A stretch of 63,897 nucleotides of DNA, the filler included, from Octopus bimaculoides (lineage: Eukaryota), in the NCBI RefSeq assembly GCF_001194135.2. It is 8 parts of 7 records of this genome, joined end to end, with 100 filler letters (N's around TTAATTAATTAA, not from the genome) between each part and the next. Parts side by side here need not be neighbours in the genome. Positions count along the whole stretch, not along the records: positions 1 to 16,697 come from NW_026409213.1; positions 16,798 to 35,515 come from NC_068997.1; 6 more parts are not named here. One strand, given 5' to 3'. Of the stretch, positions 10,878 to 23,273 are shown piece by piece. Below the pieces are notes generated by a model that searched no databases, was not told the DNA's origin, and saw nothing but the letters and a program-made list of their open reading frames with translations. Numbering within the stretch: the stretch's first letter is position 1; every line of letters begins with the position of its first letter. Both the position numbers and the translations under genes were made by a program.

Positions 10878-11920
10878 GGTTTCTTTATTCACCACAAGGG
10901 TTTACATTAAGAAAAACATTATGGACAGTACAGTACAAAACAAAGAATGTGTATGTGTGAGTATGTGTTGCGAAGGTTTTGCATGTTAACAAGACTAACA
11001 AAAGTTTAAAAAATTAACAATGTGATCCTCAGGAAGGGCTGCTCATGGAAAAAACCCACAAAAAACCATGGGTAACCTGACTTCTGGGGTAGGTGCCCTT
11101 TTTCTTTTTCTTTTTCCAACTACAGGGCAGGCCTGCTCTCTTGCACCATTCTCACCACTTTCATCCACTTTTCAGCAATCTAGCTAGAAGACAACACTTC
11201 CCACTACCCTTATTTTCCTTTTCAAGTGAAACTTGAAGAAGTTCATCAAGGATTGGCCAAAGAGAAAAATGTTTGTCTTCAGCCCCTTCAATCTCATCCA
11301 CCAAACAACCTCTTTCGCCATGGCCACCAAGCATATAAACACTCCCTTTCCTTCCCGGTAAAAGGAAGGCAGTGGGGCAATCTTCACGATGGATTCAGTT
11401 GACAGCCGGATCTGTCTCACATGCACAGCAGGTGATCAACATAAACCCACAGGTCAGCAATGCTCAGGCACTGGATGAGTGCATGCAGGACTGTCTCATC
11501 GTCCTGTACACATCTCCAACATACTTGGCTGATGGCACTTCTATGCCTGTAAAGTTAATGCTGAACAGGCAAAGCTCTCCAGTAGCACTGTCAGGCTAGA
11601 GATTTTTGCAAAGTATTCATTGGTCCTGGGCTGAAAGTTATCTGGAAAAGAGCGGCTAGTTCATCTTCAACACCATCACAGTTTTCCTCCACTAATTCTC
11701 GATAAAAAGCTAAAGTGGACATTCCACTGACCGCAGTGTTTGATTGGCTGAGGGGTGTGAGCATGTGAAAACATTCCACTTTCCAAATGCTCCCCCTCGG
11801 TCTCTGTTTTACCCAGGACTGCAGTTCCATTAAAGAAACTAGCTGTCGAAATATGCCTGGCAAATGGTGACCACATCTGATCACAATCAAGGAAGCACTG
11901 AAGATGTTTTCCATACATTA
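10878..11920 (-). mobile_element. Tx1/L1-clade LINE 3' fragment
   Basis: Homologous to 18869-19890 (STLAFYRELV..GPMNTLQKSLAW, AIFTMDSV..CVRC); AATAAA near the 3' end. Confidence 0.8.
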
Positions 11921-12382
11921 AACATCAATCACACCATCAACACAACTCAATGAAGATCAATAAAAGCTGATTTTTGCTGACACAATTGCAATCTACATTC
12001 TCTAAAAGGTATTTGCAAAATTTCATTAAGAAATACTCATTTCCCTGAAGTTACAAGGAAACAAGACTGAATTGTGAATTTTCTGAAATTCCTCTCACCA
12101 CCCCTGGAAAAAATTTTTTACATTAAATTTTGATGCAATTGTAATCTGCACCATCTGAAGCATATTTGTAGAAAATTTCATCAAAAAGTATCCTTTTTTC
12201 TGAAAATTTCCAGTGGAGGCACATACTTGTGTACGAATGCCTTCACACATCAGCCTGACGTGCTTGTCACGTTTTTCTTATATTTTGTGAAATAAGACTC
12301 TTTAGGAATAACTTGTGCAAGCAAACATCTTCGAATAGTTCAAATTCCTTATCCACAAACAAATTCATGCCTATACATATAA

Positions 12383-12427
<45 letters not shown>

Positions 12428-12712
12428 TATATATATATATATATATATATAAATATAAAACAGATAAAATACAAGCAGTGTAACAAATACAAATTAATGA
12501 TAAACACACTGTCTATGTATGAGTTTTCCATATTTTATTCCCGAAAGAACAAAGTTCCAGATAGCAAGTATATGTGGCTTTTAATGTAACAGATATACTG
12601 ACATAAACCATAGAAGAAGAGATTAATGAGAAGCATTGAAATACATGCTGGTAGAGAATTTCATTTCCATTTCCATCAATTGTGGATTGCCTTGGTTGGT
12701 CTCGTTTCTTAC

Positions 12713-12766
12713 ATATATACACTTGGTTTGTTTTTGTTTTCTGTTTCTCTTCACTAAAGAAACAGT
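12713..12766 (-). CDS. Candidate isolated 54-bp exon (xCFFSEEKQKTKTNQVYI), unassigned
   Basis: TTGCAG acceptor and GTAAGA donor, phase 1/1, open frame; no partner exons or homology recognised. Confidence 0.2.
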
Positions 12767-12975
12767 CTGCAACAGTTAAAATTCCTTCATTAGAGTTTAG
12801 ATAATGTTGTGTATGCATGTATGTATGTATCTGTGTCTGTGCGTGCATGCAGGCACGTGTTCTCTTCCACTTTTAATTATTTAAATCCTTCCACTGAGGA
12901 AGGAGCCGGTTTCTGACTAAAATACAAACCTCCATTGTTGGAATGGGGTTAACAAAAACAATGTCATATTTTAAA

Positions 12976-13480
12976 CTAGAGAAAAGTCTTATAAATTTGT
13001 AATGTTCCAATTACAAATTGTATTTGGTTGATTTCTTTTTCTGAAAGGACTAGCTTATCCAAATTGTCACTTAGGCATTTATTCACAAAGCCAACTGCAC
13101 CAATTAATACTATTAGAATAAACGACAATTTATAATCAGGATATAGAAGCAGCCGTCCATATTTAACTTCTTTCTCTTTGATTTTCAATGAGATATTCAC
13201 ATCAGCAGGACAGCTGACCTCTATGATGGAACATACTTTTTCTTGTCTGTCCCAAACAACAATATCCAGCATGTTATATTTACGTTTCACAGATGCTTTG
13301 ATGCAAATGTTCCACCAGAATTCTGTTATTTCATGTTTTTGTACGTATTGAATAACAGTGAGATTCTCTGTATTTATTCCAGGACAGAATATTTTTCCTG
13401 AATTGTGTTGTATATTATTTTTGCAATGTTGTGTCACACAGTGAGGATGCACTTTGATGACACTTTGGGGCAGCTACTAA
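12976..13480 (-). mobile_element. R2/R4-superfamily LINE, restriction-like endonuclease remnant
   Basis: EFWWNICIK..DIVVWDRQEKVCSIIEVSCPADVNISLKIKEKEVKYG..GAVGFV follows the PD..D..E..K REL pattern. Confidence 0.8.
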
Positions 13481-13698
13481 TCACGTGAGTGATGTCTTCC
13501 ACAGATGTATGACAATCTACATTTTTGACTGCACCTTAAAATTCCAAGGGCTTCGTTGTTTCTTTTGTTGATTAAGTATCTATAGGAGTCTCCAGTTTTT
13601 GATCCCAGTACGTCTATGCACGTGCATACAAATACATGTGAGTGTGTGAATCTGAAGAAGGATTAGGGAATACATACATATATATATATATATATATC

Positions 13699-13746
<48 letters not shown>

Positions 13747-13789
13747 GACAGACAGATAGATTATAAATTTGTTTATGGGAGATGTTTTG

Positions 13790-13925
13790 AATATGCAAAC
13801 AGTGTGCATACACGACAGTGTGCCTTGAGAGAAAAGTTGGACCTAAGAAGCATCAGATGTGGTGTGCAAGAGAGACGACTGTGCTGGTATAGTCATGTGG
13901 TGAGAATGGATGAAGATAGTGGAGG
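13790..13925 (+). mobile_element. RTE-clade LINE fragment
   Basis: LREKLDLRSIRCGVQERRLCWYSHVVRMDED, matching 31120-31230. Confidence 0.85.
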
Positions 13926-14270
13926 GCTGCCTTGTAAACTACGTTTCTTGTTGAACTTTCAGGAGCACAGTAGAAAAGATTGGCTGAGTTTCCAACTCTA
14001 GAACATTCCATATACAGCTGCCTGTGTGAAAAGCATGGTGAAATGAAGTCCAGCCCAACAACTTTTATTGACTGACCCTCAAATTTGATAATGGTCGTAG
14101 CAAAGCTTACTCCAATGGGTAACTGGACTCTTTTCATCGGAAAGACACAGTCAGTCAAAATAACTGGAACTCGGGTATTGAAAGCAGACTCACCAGTGCC
14201 TTTACCTCTGATGATTATGGCTTCGAGAATGTTATTCAACACTTGTTTAAGAGCCAAACGTGCCATTTAT
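13925..14270 (-). mobile_element. Helitron RepHel PIF1-helicase C-terminal remnant
   Basis: NNILEAIIIRGKGTGE..RVPVILTD..FPMKRVQLPIGVSFATTIIKFEGQS..CFSHRQLYMECSRVG..NVVYKAAL (decayed KSQGQ and HGQLYVAxSRV motifs). Confidence 0.9.
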
Positions 14271-14997
14271 ATAAAAGATTACACACACGCATAGAGACAA
14301 CGGGATTGATATGATAGATTACACACAGACACACAAACACAGAACGGGATTTATATAGTGGGTCACATTCATTCATGAAATTTAACTGGTGCACCCTCTA
14401 TGACATCTTTTAACTATGTGCAAAATTTCAGTACCATCAGTTGAGAAATATAGCTGTTATAATCTTTCCAACACACGCAAAGAACTGGATTTATATAACA
14501 GATGTGAATATATATAAGTCAGTAAATAGTGGGGTTGTGATAAACCGCACGTGGAGAAATAATAGGAAAATGAAAAATAATAATAAGGCAGAATGCTAAA
14601 CTGAAAGCATATTTTAATATAGATTTCTAACCGGCTTTCATTGCATGGCAAATTTTCAAGAATAGGGAGAATAAAAATGTTTTTTTTACAAAAAAGTAAA
14701 AAATGAAAAAAAAATATATATAAAAAAATAATATATAAAAAAAAAATATACCAATACATTATATTGTCTTTGAGCTTTTAAAGTTCAATGGTAATCCATG
14801 TAGATAATAGTTGGAAAAATAAGGATGCATGAAAATTGAGAGTTGTGTTAGGTTTAAAACAAAGGAGCTAAAGGTTTATGTGTTAAACAGGAAGTGTGGT
14901 GTCAAAACAGGAAGTGTAAGGGGAGACAAATCTCTTTAGTTGGAGTTATGGACTCTTTGTCAACAGGAAGTTTATGTCTGTTCCTAGAGAAATAAGG

Positions 14998-15369
14998 TTA
15001 CTGAAGGGTTTGTGTGTTAAGTAATGGTTGGAATTTTTCTATGAAAAGATTCTCCGTGTTGATTCTTTCTTGTGTGGAGATTCTGTCTTTACATTGATAG
15101 AAAAGGAATATAAGGAATTTAGGGTTTTTGTTTCTGGCGTAAGAGTCTATGTGGCCACTGAGTGGAATTTGACGGTATTGAGGGAGATTTATTTGTTCTT
15201 TATGGACTCCTACTCTTCTACGCAACAGGGGGCTCGTTTGTCCGATATAGAAGTGTTGGCAACCTGCGCATGTGAGGACATAAATGAAGTTCCCAGAGGA
15301 ACAAGAGAAATTGGTTTTGATTTTAAAATTTATTCCTCGTTTGAAGGTAAATTCAGAGCCTTCAACTAG
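14998..15369 (-). mobile_element. PLE-type GIY-YIG endonuclease domain, uninterrupted 123-aa frame
   Basis: Hand translation: FSCSSGNFIYVLTCAGCQHFYIGQT..LRRRVGVHKEQI..IPLSGHID..ERINTENLFIEKFQPLLN. Confidence 0.85.
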
Positions 15370-16697
15370 GTAGGGGCAGGTACCACAATTAGGGCATGCA
15401 CATTTTTTAACTGATGGAGGTGAAAGTGGTGTATGTAGTTTGGCATTGGTTAAGAGATCCGAGAAGATGTCACACCCCTACTACTCCTATCACACTCAAA
15501 CTTTGTCTGTGATACTTTAATAGTACACATAAAACAAATTGATGTAGTTGTATGCTCAACATACCGTCCACCAAATACCGCAAAGCAGGAGGGTAAATTT
15601 GAGGACAGCCTCAGACGCATAGAAGAAGCCTTGACAAAACTGGACCAACACATCAATATACTTTTCCTAGGCGACTTTAACCTCCCAAATGTTAAATGGC
15701 CTGAAGGTCACATCCTCTCTGGGATGTCACTGCATGAACAAAGCCAAGCAAAATCTTCCTTAGAACTCTCCAACATGCTGTTCATGGAACAAGTGAAACT
15801 CCAACCAACCAGGGGAAGCAATATTTTAGATCTCTGCTTCACAAACAATGTGAGCCTAATCCATAATGTGAAAGTAACACCTACATCTCTCTCAGATCAT
15901 AACATTATAGAATTAACTATGTATGGTCCTAGACAACCCACTGACACCCACCCCATCAGGAGGACTCAAGCAATATCCAACCTGAATTTCCACAAGGTGA
16001 AATGGAAGTCAATTCGCAAAGAGATTCAAAATCAAAACTGGCATGACAGCCTTTCTATACAAGACAATGACCTCAAACTAAGTCATTTTATGTCAACCAT
16101 ACAAGACATATGTGCCAAAAAGAAAGACCAGCAAACATGCCAATAGAATTCCTAGAGACAGGAAAATCCTTATGAGACACAGAATAAAGGTCTCAAACCA
16201 GTTAAATAGAGGATAGGAAAAGGGCTAAATTAAAACTAACAATGTTAGAAATAGAAAACAAAATCAAACTCTCCCATGAAAAGGAGAGAGCAGAGAAGGA
16301 GAAGAGAGCAGTAGAAAGCATAAAAACAAACCCCAAGGCTTTCTATAGATTTGCAAAAGAGACTGCTGCAACACAGTATAAACTAGGACCCCTATTCCAG
16401 CCTAATGGCTCACTGACTGCGGACCCCACATGGATAAGTGAAGTGCTCAGTGCACAATTCAAGAGTGTTTTCACTTCTCCTCTGAGTCACATGCAGATAA
16501 AGAACCCAGCTGATTTCTTTGACAATATCACTCAGCAGAAAAAAACTGCATCCATTACCTACATTTACATTGAAGAGGAAGATGCAATAGCTGCCTTAAA
16601 CGAAATGAGCTCAAATTCAACAACTGGCCCTGATGGTTTTCCAGCTATCCTCCTAAAGTCGTGTAAACAAGAATTAGCGGGACCACTCCGGATACTC
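15370..16697 (+). mobile_element. CR1-like LINE ORF2 (AP endonuclease plus RT start), cut by gap
   Basis: YRPP, ILFLGDFNLPNVKW, PTRGSNILDLCFTN, SDHNII, KTNPKAFYRF, TGPDGFPAILLK. Confidence 0.85.
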
Positions 16698-17619
16698 NNN
16701 NNNNNNNNNNNNNNNNNNNNNNNNNNNNNNNNNNNNNNNNNTTAATTAATTAANNNNNNNNNNNNNNNNNNNNNNNNNNNNNNNNNNNNNNNNNNNNATG
16801 TTTTCATTATTTTTTCCTCCACATGTTTATTATTTTCACTTCCATGTGTATGCTGAACATTTTTCACTTGTATCATGTCTGTATTGCAATTTTCAAGCTA
16901 TATACCACCAAAATACAAATGCAGTTTCATGCTATACATACTATGGCAATAAAGTGTATATTTTAGTCATTACATGTCTCAGGGTCACTGCCTTTCCTAT
17001 CTTCACTTGCACAGGTTTATGCTGAATATATATATATATATTTTTTTTACTCATACAATTCCCTCTCCTCTCCCAAATCTTCCCCCTGATTTTCTCTATT
17101 TAATTTCTTGCAAGATACCAGAGTAAATACTGTGAGTCTGTATGTGTGTGTGTTTGAATGTATATACTGCCATCATCTTCCTCATCATTATCTTCATCAT
17201 CATCATTACCTTAAATGTTTCAATGTCTACTCTGCCTTGCATGTCTCACACAGAATTCATGGAAGTATATTTTCTACAGGATGATGCTTTTCCTGTCATC
17301 AACTCTTATCCATTCCCATTACATATCATCAGATAATACACACTCACACATACACACACACAAAACAAGCTTCTTTCAGTTTCCATTTACATACAGTTTA
17401 ATTTTTATTTTCCAAGAGTAGGAGATGCTAACTTAGCTTGAATTGTCATAATTAGTAACCAGGGATATATTATGTTGAAGGATGGAAATTGATATTGAAG
17501 TATTATCTATACATTGGCAAGAATGAAATAATTTGAAAATGAGATTCGGATGTATCTCTGGAAGTAATGCAAGTAAGAATGGTGTGTCAAATGACTGCTG
17601 TTTATGAGTTCAGATAATC

Positions 17620-18600
17620 AGTAACTATTGATGTAGTAATAAACCATCCATATCCAGCCCAAATATACTACTTTTTCTATGTTCAAACAAGCCAGTTCAG
17701 GACCGAAAGCAGATACTGACCCAAAATGCAGATTCTGCCATACATTTGATGAAACCATAGACCATCTCTTCTCAGGATGTCCGATGCTGACACCAAACGA
17801 ATACAAACATCACCACAATAGGGTAGGACAGTAATTACATTGGAAATTATGTAAACACTACAAAATCAGCACTCCTGCTTACTGGTATGAACATCATCCT
17901 GAGCCAGGCACTGAAGGTAAAAATGTCACTACCCTCTGGGATTTTCCAGTCAATCCTGACAGAAATGATCCAAACTAATTGACCAGATGTAGTCATTAAA
18001 GAAATGGAAGAAAATACTTATAGACTGATAGATTTAAGTGTTCCCACAGATAAAAATATATGATTTGATATTCTTTGAGTTGATCAAGTTTCAGCTCTTG
18101 AGCTGTGGCCATGCTGGGGCCATTTCTTTAATGACTACATCTGGTCGATTAGCTTGGATCGTTTTCCCTGTGTTGACTGGAAAATCCTAGAGGGTAGTGA
18201 CATATCTGTAAAATAATTTGACAAATTAAGTACATATAAGGCCAGAAAATTGAAATACATAAGATGTGGCATCTGAAGTGAGAACCGCTCCTGTTATTGT
18301 GGGTGCCATAGGTATGATAAGAAAGGGATGTCAGAAACATCTAGATAATGTCCCAGCAGAACCATGTCTCAGAGAAATCCAAAAGATACTGCCCGCATCC
18401 TTAGTCAGACCCTATCAATTTAAATGTCTGTGTTGCATTACATGGATATTTTGATACTGACCCTGTCACTTCCCCTCCACAAGCTTTCAGTCATACTGTA
18501 ACATCTCTTATCCTTCATTTGCCCCATGACACTGGGTGTATCTTGGCAAGTGATTGTAACAAAAAGGCAGATTAAAATTAAATAATAATAATAATAATAA
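17620..18600 (+). mobile_element. Dong/R4-type LINE 3' fragment
   Basis: PKCRFCH..ETIDHLFSGCPML..YKHHHNRVG..HWKLCKHY..TLWDFPV..VIVGAIGMI; ends in (AAT)n; interrupted by a short repeat near 18060-18200. Confidence 0.8.
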
Positions 18601-18625
18601 TTATAATTATAATTATAATTATTAT

Positions 18626-18842
18626 TATAGTTTCAAATTTTTCCACAAGGGCAGCAAATTTGTGGGAGGGGACTGGTCCATGTAATCGACCACAGTGTAT
18701 CACTGGTACTTATTTCATTGACTCCGAAAGTATGAAAGACAAAGTCGACCCCTGTGGACTTTGAACACAGAACATAGTGGCAGACAAAATGCTGCTAAGC
18801 ATTTTACCTGGCATGCTATCAATTCTAACAGCTCACTGCCTT
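18626..18842 (-). mobile_element. tRNA-derived SINE
   Basis: Same family as 10680; (AAT)n on both sides. Confidence 0.8.
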
Positions 18843-18868
18843 AATAATAATAATAATGATTAATTCTG

Positions 18869-21800
18869 GTTTTATTGGCCACAAGGGCTAATATAAATCA
18901 AAAACATGAAAGGACAAACACAGGACGATAAAAACAAAGGGTTTTGCAAAAAGAAAGGCCCGTGTAAACATATGATAACAAGAAAAATTTTCAGAAGTAA
19001 AAACTCCCAATAGGGGGAGGCGCTTTGAAGGTTTCTTGTGCAAAAAGCCATAAAAGCCACAGGGTGAGAGCCCTTTCTCCTTTCATACTCCTTTGTTTAC
19101 AGGTGTAATCTCAGAATTGGTCCGTCCACACTGGCCATTCTTCTGGCATTCACCCACCTTTCATCAAATTTGCTTCAAGAAAGTGCTTCCCTCTCTACTC
19201 TCACCTTACTTCTCAAGTGGAACTTAAAAAAGTTGATGAGGCCTTGGCCAAAGATGTAAGTGTCTGACTTTAGCCCTTTCAAACAGGTCCACTATACCAC
19301 CTCTTTCACTACAGCCATCAGATAAATGAAAACTGCCTTGCCCTCCCGGTTAAAGGAGGCCAGCGTGGCAATCTTCACTATGAATTCAGTTGATAGCCAG
19401 ATCCGTCCTACATGTGACAGCAGCTGTTCGACATAGCCCCACAGGTCAGCAATACTTGGGCACTGTACGAGTGCGTGCAGAATGGTTTCGTTGCTCTGAG
19501 CCTGGCTGACAGTACTTCTGTGCCTATAAAGTTTATCCCAAACTGGCAGCGCCTCTCAGTAGCACTGCCAGATGAGGGACTTTTGAAAGTTATCCATGGG
19601 CCCCAGCCCGAAAGTTCTACCAAATAGACTGCTTAGCTGGTCATCATCGATGCCTAGAGTGTCCCCGAGAACGTCGTCGCACTTTTCCTGCACTAACCTT
19701 CTATAGAATGCTAGAGTGGAACTACTACTGATCGCATTGCCTGCCTGCCTGCCTGCCTGGTGGAGGGCGGTGAGAGCTTGATGGCACTCGAGGTGCCAAG
19801 CGCCCTTTCTCGGTCTATGCTTAATCCAAGATTGCAGCTTGATCAAAGAGACAAGCTGTGGAAAGGAGAGTCTGACAAATGGCACCCACACCTACTCACC
19901 GTCCAGGAAACGCTTGAGTTGCCATAGCCTGAGCACATGTCTGCACATCAGTAACCAAGGCATGCCAAGGCCTCCGTTCAGCAGCTGTTGACAGCAGATG
20001 GAGTGCCTGACCTGTGGTACCTGGCCCTTCCACAGAAAGTGGAAGAGCAAGCGCACCAGCTGGGCCAACCAGCGGTCGGGACAAGGGATGACAGTCAAGT
20101 GATAATAGATGACAGATGCGATGTACGCATTCACCACCTTGGCTCGACCTTTCAGGAATAGCTTCCTTTCGGCCCATTTCTGGGTGAGATTGGCTACTCT
20201 GTCAACTTATCCCAGTTTTTCTCCACTTGGAGGTTTGGACCGAACCAGGCCCCAAGCAATTCAATGAGATTGCCTGTCCAGCGCTCCACGACGTTGTTGG
20301 ACAGCATGGACATGCCCATCCAGGTGCCCAGTTGCAAGCCCATTGACTTTTCTGCATTAATTTTCGCACCTGTCACCGCTTTGTACACGCTTAGCATCTC
20401 ACCAATCAGGTCGATGTGCCTGTGGTTCGACACCATCACGGTGACGTTGGTGGCATAGGCAAACACGCTCTTTCCACAACCAAGATCATGCTGAACACCC
20501 TTCAAAGCCTCCAACTTCTGTAGTAATGACTCGAGAGTCCATACGTACAGAAGGGAGGACAGAGGGAATCCTTGGCAGACCGAACACAAGATGTTGAACG
20601 GCTCCAAAAAGTGACCGTTCACCCGTATAACCGAGTAGATGCTGCTGTACAAAGCAGCGAGCTACCTGCTGAAGACCGGACCAAAACCACCTGCCTTGAG
20701 AACAGCTGCCAGGCATCGATGGTCGACCCTATCGAAGGCTTTAGACTGATCTAAATTGTGCCAGCTTCGTTACCCACCCTCTCTATGATGTAGCGCATAA
20801 GATGGTGGTTGTCGCAGATAGACCTGGTCAGCACAATGCATGTCTGTGCCTTGACAATCAGCTTTCCACGACAAGCGCCAACCTCTTGGCTGACACCTTG
20901 GCCAAAATCTTCAACTCTGCATTGAGCAGAGTGATGGGCCTGAAGTTCCCTATCATGTCCCCCTTCTTCGGGTCCTTTCTCAGCAGTGCCACCACCCCTC
21001 GACAAACAAAAGCAGGAATTCTCCCATTTTGTTGCTAGTTGCAGTAAATGTCTGCCAAGAGGCCTGCAAACAAGTCTGACATTGAAATGTAAAGCTCGTA
21101 GTGCAGACCATCCAAACCCGGCGATCTACCTCTCATGCAGCTTTTCATTGCTTCCTCTACTTCCCAGGCAGTTAACAGTCTTTCACAGCACTCTGCCTCA
21201 TTTGCCGAGAGTTGCGGCAAACCGTCCAGATACATACCAAAATCTGTGCCATTGTCAGTCCCACCCCTCATCCCGAACAGTCGAGCAAAGTACTGCTGAA
21301 AGACCACACATATCTGCTTCAGTTCGGAAACCTCGTGCACATTCTGGTCCATCAAAGACCAAATGGTCGCTATGTTGCTACACTTCGCCCCTACCATGCG
21401 AGCTCATTGAGCAACGTTAGTCTCCTCCCCGCTTACCAAACGTGCCTTAGCTCTGACAACACAGCCTTCGTGTTTGGTGTCGAAGTGTTGGTTGAGGGCC
21501 AACCTCGCTGCCAACATGTCAGTTGCGATGCCTGTCCTAAGAGCCTCGTCTAATTTTCTAACTAAATCCCACTCTATTTTCTTTCATTATACAGCTAGAG
21601 TCTTACTAAACCTAATTGATTCTGCTCTAATTACCCTCTTAAGAGCAAACCACCAGTTGTTGTTGACAATCACTCCCATCAACGGCCGCTTAACTAATAA
21701 GCTAATCCGGTCTCTGTAAGCTTTGCACGCCGTTAACGACGCATTTAGCTTCCCGTTAACGGAACCATGTCTACAGAGCCTATCTAAGTCAACCGTAGAG

Positions 21801-23040
21801 ATCACGAATTTATGGTCTGTGTAGCCAACTATGTGGAATTGTGGACACCTTATGCTGTTCTTATCCGCTGGCCTACAGAAAACTCTAAGTACGATCTAGA
21901 TGACCAGATGTAATTAATCCAAGTTCACATTGGCACATTTGGGTTGTCTAGTCAATACCTGTCAGATGCTCCTCCGCCCACCCGATCGAAACGTTCATCT
22001 AAGACAGCATTCCAATCACCTACTTGCACTAAAGTGCAAGACGTACCCTGGAAAACCTCCAGACAGTTGAAATAATCTGACTGCCCTGCCCCTGTTGGAC
22101 TGTAGGCAGCCATCAATCTGAAATCACTGCCGTCATTATTGTTCACATCCAACTTGCCCTCTGGATCAAGGAAGACTGCCTTTATTTTCAAATCCAGGCC
22201 TTTCCGAAAAAGCACCACAGTACCACCACCACCCACTCCCGACCGACATGGAGACAGGAAAATCTCATATCTGCTGAAAAGGGCTGCTAGTTCCCATGGG
22301 TCGGAGAGTCTAACTTCACTAATGGCTACTACATCCACACTTTAAGACCTCAGGTCGTTTAAGAAGTGATCTTGTTCCCAAGGTGACCCGAGGCCCCTCA
22401 CATTTATGCTACCGATTCTGAGCACAACCATGTCGAAAAAGATTTATACAGGAGAAAAGGCTCTACTTACTGCCATTGTCTGGTGGTGTGGCTCCCTTAT
22501 GCTTTTGTGTGGGTATTTCCAACAGATTCTTGTATATTTTTCTAGAGAAACTTTTCCTGATCAACCCAACATCATCTGGAAACTTGTTCTTTATTATTTT
22601 GTAGTTTTCTTGTGATATTTTGAAACTGAGTATGTGTGCTGGTGGTGTGTTGTGTGTGGGTATGACAATTTGCCATTGTGGTGTCGGTGCTTTCTTTCAA
22701 GTATGTTACAAGGTTGTCATCATTTGTGTTTATTGCCGTGATGTTTGTATTGGCGGAGGTGGTGGTGTCTGTGTGTGTTGTAATTTGTGTAGGTGTTTGC
22801 GGTGGTAGTGCTGGAGGTGTTGTGGAATGTTGCGAGTGCATGTTGTTGGGAGGCTTTACTTTGTCGCGCCTCCCCACTTTGTCGGTTGTCTCTTTAGACT
22901 TCTTCCTTCTTTTCTTTTTCGGTGGCACTGTGTTCCACTCCCCTTTCTTGCTATCAGAGCTCGCACTGTCTGAGCTGATTTGGTCAGGAAAGGGGATGTC
23001 CTTGGAGTCAGTTACATTATTTTGTACTGAAAGTTTGAGG
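18869..23040 (-). mobile_element. Near-complete degenerate Tx1/L1-clade LINE (APE, RT, C-terminal Cys/His region, putative ORF1 tail)
   Basis: APE DVVAISE..LVQVGDWNAVLD (21952-22400); RT RSPGLDGLHYELY, SVCQGFPLSSLLYV, YATNV (YADD); 3' AATAAA then (ATT)n. The MPPKKKRRKK/Thr-rich frame at 22572-22928 may be an ORF1 remnant. Confidence 0.9.
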
Positions 23041-23049
23041 GAGGTGTTA

Positions 23050-23200
23050 TGTTAATTATATCGATCCCAGTAATCCACTGATACATAATTTATCTACCCC
23101 AAAAGGATGAAAGGCAAAGTCATCCCCAGTGGCATTTGAACTCAGAATGGAAAGACAGACATTTTGCTCATTGTGCTAATGATTCTGTCAATTTGCCACA
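23050..23200 (-). mobile_element. tRNA-derived SINE (partial)
   Basis: AAAGGATGAAAGGCAAAG..ATTTGAACTCAGAA core, followed by (AAT)n 23203-23270. Confidence 0.75.
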
Positions 23201-23202
23201 CA

Positions 23203-23269
<67 letters not shown>

Positions 23270-23273
<4 letters not shown>

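Noticed and set aside
12890-12920. CTGAGGAAGGAGCCGGTTTC as a hammerhead core
   Set aside because: No GAAA or stem III follows.
15028-15369. Plus-strand 113-aa ORF MEFFYEKILR..
   Set aside because: Antisense shadow of the minus-strand GIY-YIG domain.
17270-17340. Apparent exon after TTTTCTACAG (DDAFPVINSYPF)
   Set aside because: Resembles the RTE/SINE tail GATGCCTTTCCTGTCACCAAC (cf. ~33890) and stops within 19 codons.
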